Of a DNA stretch of 64,000 nt, positions 59,030 to 64,000 are shown piece after piece (the first letter of the stretch is position 1; each line of letters starts with the position of its first letter). Source of the stretch: Candidatus Marinacidobacterales bacterium. Its GTDB lineage: Bacteria; Acidobacteriota; Vicinamibacteria; Marinacidobacterales; SMYC01. The notes beneath the pieces are model-generated. The model did no database searches. It saw only the letters and a program-made list of their open reading frames with translations, and was not told the DNA's origin. The DNA lies in contig CBDCYI010000005.1 in the NCBI GenBank assembly GCA_965224085.1, positions 1,472,001 to 1,536,000 of the forward strand, given 5' to 3'. Made by a program: the position numbers and the translations under genes.

Positions 59030-61487
59030 ATGAATTTCCTGCAGGATTTGCGTTTTAGTCTCCGAACCCTCGTCAAGAGCCCGGCCTTCGCCATCGTGGC
59101 GGTGGCCTCGCTCGCGCTGGGGATTGGTGCGAACACGACGATCTTCTCGATCGTCAACGCGTTGTTTCTCAATCCCCTTCCTGTCGAAAAGTCCAAGGAG
59201 CTCGTGGCCGTCTTCACTGTGGACGAAACGAACCCCGCACTGGGCTTCACACAACTCTCGTACCCCAATTACAAGGATTACCGCGACCAAAACGAAGTCT
59301 TCGACGGAACCATCGCGTGGGGGGGTTCCCTTTCCCGGCAAGCATGCTCGAAGGCGAAGAGCCCGAGCAAGTCTTTACCGAGACAGTGACAGGAAACTAT
59401 TTCGGCGTGCTCGGGGTCGAGCCGGCACTCGGACGGTTCATCCTTCCTGAGGAAGATCGCGCTGAAGGTGCCAACCCGGTCGTTGTCTTGAGCTACAAGC
59501 TCTGGACACGGCGTTTCGGCCAGGACGCCGCGATCCTCGGCCGCAGGCTCATCCTCAACGGCACGACCTTCGACGTGATCGGGGTTGCCCCGCAAGGATT
59601 TCAAGGTGTGAACGCGCTCTTCAGCCCCGATCTGTGGGTGCCGATGATGATGTACCCCCAGGTGCTTCCGGAGCAGTTTCGACGGTGGATCGAAGATCGT
59701 CGCGCGCTTTTCGTCAACGTGGCTGGGCGTCTCAAAGACGGCGTCTCGACGGAGGAAGCGACCGCGCACCTGAAGACCCTAGCGAGCGCCCTGGAGCAGG
59801 AATATCCCGAGCCGAACAAAGGTCGCACCGTCGAGCTTCGGCCGCTGACCGAAGCCACGATTTTTCCACAAGTGCGCGGCGCTCTGACCATAGGAAGCGC
59901 TGTTCTCATGATCGCGGTCGGCCTCGTGCTTCTCATCGCCTGCTTCAACGTAGCGAACTTGATGATGGCGAAAGCCACCGGGCGCCGCAAAGAAATCGCC
60001 GTGCGCCTGTCTCTCGGCGCCGGACGGATGCGGCTCATCCGCCAGCTCTTGACCGAAAGCATCTTGTTGTCGATCGTTGGCGGCGTGGCGGGTTTGGTCG
60101 TAGCGGTCTGGGGCATGGATCTCATCTGGTCGATGCGGCCATCGTTCATCGGTCAGAACATGTTTCAGCCCGTCATCGACGCTCGCGTCCTCGTGTTCAC
60201 GCTCGTGGTGTCGGTTGTTACCGGTGCCATCTTCGGCCTGCTCCCCGCGATTCAGAGCTCGCGCCCGCGCGTCGTGGACGCTCTCAAAGAGGAAACGCGC
60301 GCCGGCGGGCGCTCACGCGGCGCGTCTTTCGTGCGCAACACGCTCGTGGTCGTGCAAGTCACGCTCTCTATCGTCGTGCTCGTCGCGGCGGGGCTCTTCT
60401 TGCGCAGTCTCTCGAGCGCACACGATATCGATCCCGGCTTCGAGACCGAGAAGCTCGCGGTAATCATGGTGAATCCGGGACAGGCCGGCTACGATCAAGC
60501 GCGAGCCGAGCAGTTCTACGATCGCATCGTCGAACGCTTGCGGACAGAGCCCATGGTGCGCTCGGTAGCCTGGGCCACCAATGCTCCGCTCTTCGGCGGA
60601 TTTCAGCGCACCGTTTATCTCGAAGGCCAGCCTCGCGACGAAGGCGCCCGCATCTTCGCCACCGTGAACAATATCGAGGACGGCTATTTCGAGACCATCG
60701 GCACTGAGTTCCGAAGCGGCCGTGATTTCACAACGGCCGACCGCGAGGACTCCGTTCCCGTGGCTATCGTCAACGCAGCCATGGTCGAGCAGTACTTTCC
60801 GGAGACCGATCCTATCGGGAAGCGCTTTCAGTTCTACGGAGACGATTTCTACCGCGAGATATCGTCGGGGTCGTCGCAACGGCGAAATACGGGACACTCG
60901 GTGAAGATCCCGTTGCTGTGATCTTCAGCCCGAGGCGACAAACCTATGGGGACGCGATGGTGCTGCACATCCGGACCAACGGAGAGGCCGCCAAAGCACT
61001 CGCGAGCGCGCAACGGGTCCTGCGGGAGGCGGATTCCACGGTGCCCGTTCAATTCGCCTGGACGATCGAGGAGCTCATCGATCAATCGCTCTGGGCCCCC
61101 AAGATGGCTGGGGTGCTCCTTGGCGTGCTCGGTATCTTGGCACTCGTACTCGCGTCGATCGGGCTCTACGGCGTCATGGCGTTCATGGTTAGCCAACGCA
61201 ACCGCGAGATCGGGCTGCGGATGGCCCTTGGAGCGGCTCAAGGCGACGTAGTGTCGATGGTGTTGAAGCACGCCATGATCTTGGTGGGCATCGGGACGTT
61301 TCTCGGCCTCACGGCGGCGTATGCGGTCTCGAACCTCGTCGCGACCATCCTCTACGGAAGCGCGCGCGACCCGGTGACGTTTGTGGGCGTGGCGGTCATG
61401 CTAGCCGCGGTGGCGTTTCTGGCCACTCTCGTTCCAGCGCTCAAAGCGAGCCGGGTCGATCCGCTCATCGCGCTGCGATACGAATGA
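59030..61487 (+). pseudogene. ADOP/MacB-like permease split by two frameshifts (~59320 G-run, ~60860 extra AT)
   Basis: LALGIGANT, LLIACFNVANL, EIGLRMALGA, DPLIALRYE in three successive frames; may be sequencing error. Confidence 0.85.
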
Positions 61488-61512
61488 TCGAAGGTCCGGC
61501 AACGCCAGGCCT

Positions 61513-62010
61513 TCAATTTCCCGCGAGTGCTCCCCGGATGTGTCTCACGAGATCCGCAGAGATATGCGCCTTGTCCCCCGCATCGTAATAATACTCGTCC
61601 GCCCAGATCCGCGGCCGGTCTCCCGGCTTGACGACATAGACCGAAAGCCGAAGACGGCCTTGCTCGCGCTCCACGCTCCCCGCGAGCGCGTAGTCTGCGC
61701 CGAGCGACGCGGCGATGGCCTCGATCCCGTCCGAGAGCCCCTGGTGCTGTAGCGCGGTCTCGCGAGGCACCAACTCGTAGGCTTCGACCCATACGAGGGC
61801 CTCCGTGATCGCCACCGTGACGTCCGCCGCGATGAGCTCGAGCTCCTCATCACCGTCCAGATTTTCGAAGGGCAAAACAACCAGCATCGGTTTCAAGGTC
61901 GGCGTGTGCGGCTTCAGACGCACGATCGGCTGGCCGAAGTAAGCTACCGCCGCCAAAACCGCCCCGAACAGGAGCAGCGCCAACACGACATTCTTGCCAG
62001 ATGTAACCAT
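61513..62010 (-). CDS. membrane-anchored TolB-N-like domain protein
   Basis: LVVLPFENL, LGADYALAGSVER, IWADEY; N-terminal hydrophobic helix. Confidence 0.7.
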   Translation of the reverse strand: MVTSGKNVVLALLLFGAVLAAVAYFGQPIVRLKPHTPTLKPMLVVLPFENLDGDEELELIAADVTVAITEALVWVEAYELVPRETALQHQGLSDGIEAIAASLGADYALAGSVEREQGRLRLSVYVVKPGDRPRIWADEYYYDAGDKAHISADLVRHIRGALAGN

Positions 62011-62049
62011 AGGTTGACCGAATCGACCGAAGCAGTATCATACTTGGTC

Positions 62050-62841
62050 ATGAAGTCACTTGTTTTGGTCAAATACGTCCCAGACAGCAACTCGGGTTTT
62101 CGTATCAAGAGCGATGGCACCTGGGTCGATGAAAGCAGCCTTTCTTTCAACATCAACGAATTCGACCGCTACGCTCTCGAAGCGCTCCTCGCGCTCAAGG
62201 ATGCTGGCACCGTCGAGGAAGTCATAGCGCTCACCGTCGGCCCCGCCGAGGCGAGTTCGGCGCTCAGAACCTGCCTTGCGACCGGGGCCGATCGCGCCAT
62301 CCACGTGAAGGACGAAGCACTCGTGGGCGCGGATCCGCTCTCGCTCGCGCGCGTCATTCACGCCGCCATCAAGGACGAAGAGCTCTCCATCATTCTCGCG
62401 GGCCTCCAGGCAGATGACGACAATTACACGCAAGTGGGTGGGCTCGTCGCCGGTCTTTTGGACTGGCCGTGCGCGAGCGCTGCGATGAGCCTGAACGCCC
62501 AGGGAGATACCCTCCGCGTCGAGCGCGAGCTCGAGAACAACGAGCTCCAAGTCGTCGATCTGACACTTCCAGCCGTGGTAACGGTCCAAACAGGTATCAA
62601 CACACCCCGCTATGCCAGCCTCAAAGGCATCATGGCGGCGAAGAAGAAGCCGGTCGCCACAATTGGGCTTTCCGACATCGGGCTCGACGCTGCGGAGGTG
62701 GGTGGCGACGCGGCCAAGCTCCGTACCGTCCGTCTCTCGCAGCCGGCCAAGGGCAAAGGAGCGGAGATCTTGTCTGGAAGCGCGGACGAAATCGCCGCCG
62801 CGCTCGTCAACCGCATTCGCGAGAACACCGGAGTTATCTGA
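62050..62841 (+). CDS. etfB: electron transfer flavoprotein beta subunit
   Basis: VKYVPD, NEFDRYALE, GADRAI, PRYASLKGIMAAKKK. Confidence 0.95.
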   Translation: MKSLVLVKYVPDSNSGFRIKSDGTWVDESSLSFNINEFDRYALEALLALKDAGTVEEVIALTVGPAEASSALRTCLATGADRAIHVKDEALVGADPLSLARVIHAAIKDEELSIILAGLQADDDNYTQVGGLVAGLLDWPCASAAMSLNAQGDTLRVERELENNELQVVDLTLPAVVTVQTGINTPRYASLKGIMAAKKKPVATIGLSDIGLDAAEVGGDAAKLRTVRLSQPAKGKGAEILSGSADEIAAALVNRIRENTGVI

Positions 62842-62844
62842 CAC

Positions 62845-63840
62845 ATGGCGAAGACAATTCTCATCCTCGCCGAGCATGACGGCTCGGCGCTCAAAGACAT
62901 TACCTTCGAGCTTCTCGGGATGGCGCATCGTGTGGCCGAAGGTACTCTCGTGAAAGCACTTCTCCTGGGAAGCGGTGTGGACGGGCTCGCCTCGGAGCTT
63001 GCGGCTCGGGGCGCGTCCGAAGTCATCTACATGGAAGGCACCGCTGTCGCCGAGTACACGAGTGACGGTTATCGGAAAGCCATCGAGGCGGTGTTGAACG
63101 AGGAAAGCCCCGATCTTTTTCTCATCGGCAACACGCCCAACGGCTGGGACGTTGCCCCGCTCGTCTCGGCGCGGCTTCGGGTGCCGCTCGCAACAGGCTG
63201 CTCAGCAGTGACGCTCGAAAGTGGCGGTCCTGATCGCGCGATGCGCGGCGCTCTTTTCCACCGCAAAGCTTTCAATGGCAAGTTCGTCCACGAGGTGGCC
63301 GTCGCCGATGCGCGCCCGCTCTTCGCGACCATCGACAAAGGGGCTTCGGCTGTCTTCGAAGGCGAGACGTCGGGCACGGTGCGCAAGATCGAAAGCCCGG
63401 TACGAGAGAGCGACCTCCGCTCGCGCTTCGTCGAAACCAAGAAAGGCGCCTCGAGTGGGCTCGATTTGACGCAGGCCAACGTCATCGTTTCCGGCGGGCG
63501 CGGCGTTGGCGACCCGGAGAAGTTCGACGTGATTGGAGAGCTCGCAGAGGCCCTTTCAGGCCAAGTCGGGGCTTCGCGCGCCGTGACCGACGCGGGGTGG
63601 CTCCCGCACGAGCATCAGATTGGCAGCAGCGGTGTGACCGTGAGTCCGAAGCTCTACGTGGCTTGTGGGATATCGGGCGCCATCCAGCACGTCGTGGGGA
63701 TGAAGGGCTCGGGCTACATCGTGGCGATCAATAAAGACGCGGACGCGCCGATTTTCGGCATCGCGGATGTCGGGGTCGTCGGGGATCTCTTCGAAATCGT
63801 CCCGGCCCTCACGAAGGCCCTGAAGGCCCTGACGGGATGA
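62845..63840 (+). CDS. etfA: electron transfer flavoprotein alpha subunit
   Basis: IVSGGRG, GASRAVTDAGW, QIGSSG, GISGAIQH, AINKD. Confidence 0.96.
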   Translation: MAKTILILAEHDGSALKDITFELLGMAHRVAEGTLVKALLLGSGVDGLASELAARGASEVIYMEGTAVAEYTSDGYRKAIEAVLNEESPDLFLIGNTPNGWDVAPLVSARLRVPLATGCSAVTLESGGPDRAMRGALFHRKAFNGKFVHEVAVADARPLFATIDKGASAVFEGETSGTVRKIESPVRESDLRSRFVETKKGASSGLDLTQANVIVSGGRGVGDPEKFDVIGELAEALSGQVGASRAVTDAGWLPHEHQIGSSGVTVSPKLYVACGISGAIQHVVGMKGSGYIVAINKDADAPIFGIADVGVVGDLFEIVPALTKALKALTG

Positions 63841-64000
63841 CGGCCTAGCTTACTTTCTCTTTCTTACCTTTTCCCTGGGGCTCGCCGTCATCCGTCTTTC
63901 GTTCTGGAATCCGGACATCCGGATCGACGGCACGAGCTTGATCGAACGTCCGCTCGGCGCGCTCGCGCAGGCCCTCCTGGTCGTAGAGCTGTCCTAGCGA

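Noticed and set aside
63832-63896. Inverted repeat after etfA as an intrinsic terminator
   Set aside because: Arms (GATGACGGC/GCCGTCATC) are separated by ~38 nt and there is only a weak T tail

Overview
64-kb, GC-rich bacterial chromosomal segment, most likely Acidobacteriota (inferred from a PadR + ADOP-type permease pair, a second ADOP permease and an Acido-Lenti-1-like RNA). Core genes include dgt, proC, dinB, larB, mutS2-dnaG-rpoD-tRNA(CAT), pgeF, tkt and etfBA. Accessory loci are a Gld-like ABC system, a small bacterial microcompartment (BMC) locus, a TPP-riboswitch-led TonB receptor/PnuC/NadR-like kinase operon, an Rrf2 + alternative sigma factor operon, a TPAT (TatT-TRAP) transporter and a sigma54-led HlyD/ABC/ADOP exporter. 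Mobile DNA comprises an IS200-type element whose right end was hit twice in tandem by a 1.7-kb DDE IS (all inside the 3' end of a lipoprotein gene), and two IS903-like IS5 elements without target duplications that flank a debris-rich region (about 32-44 kb). The best candidates for undescribed biology are an unannotated sigma54-promoter/structured-RNA/terminator unit at 15-152, the aldolase-only BMC with a 72-aa encapsulation-peptide/Cys microprotein, the Rrf2-sigma module, a possible non-orthologous thiamine kinase, and the site-specific IS-in-IS tandem. No CRISPR array or rRNA was seen. All calls come from reading motifs by eye; no database searches were run.
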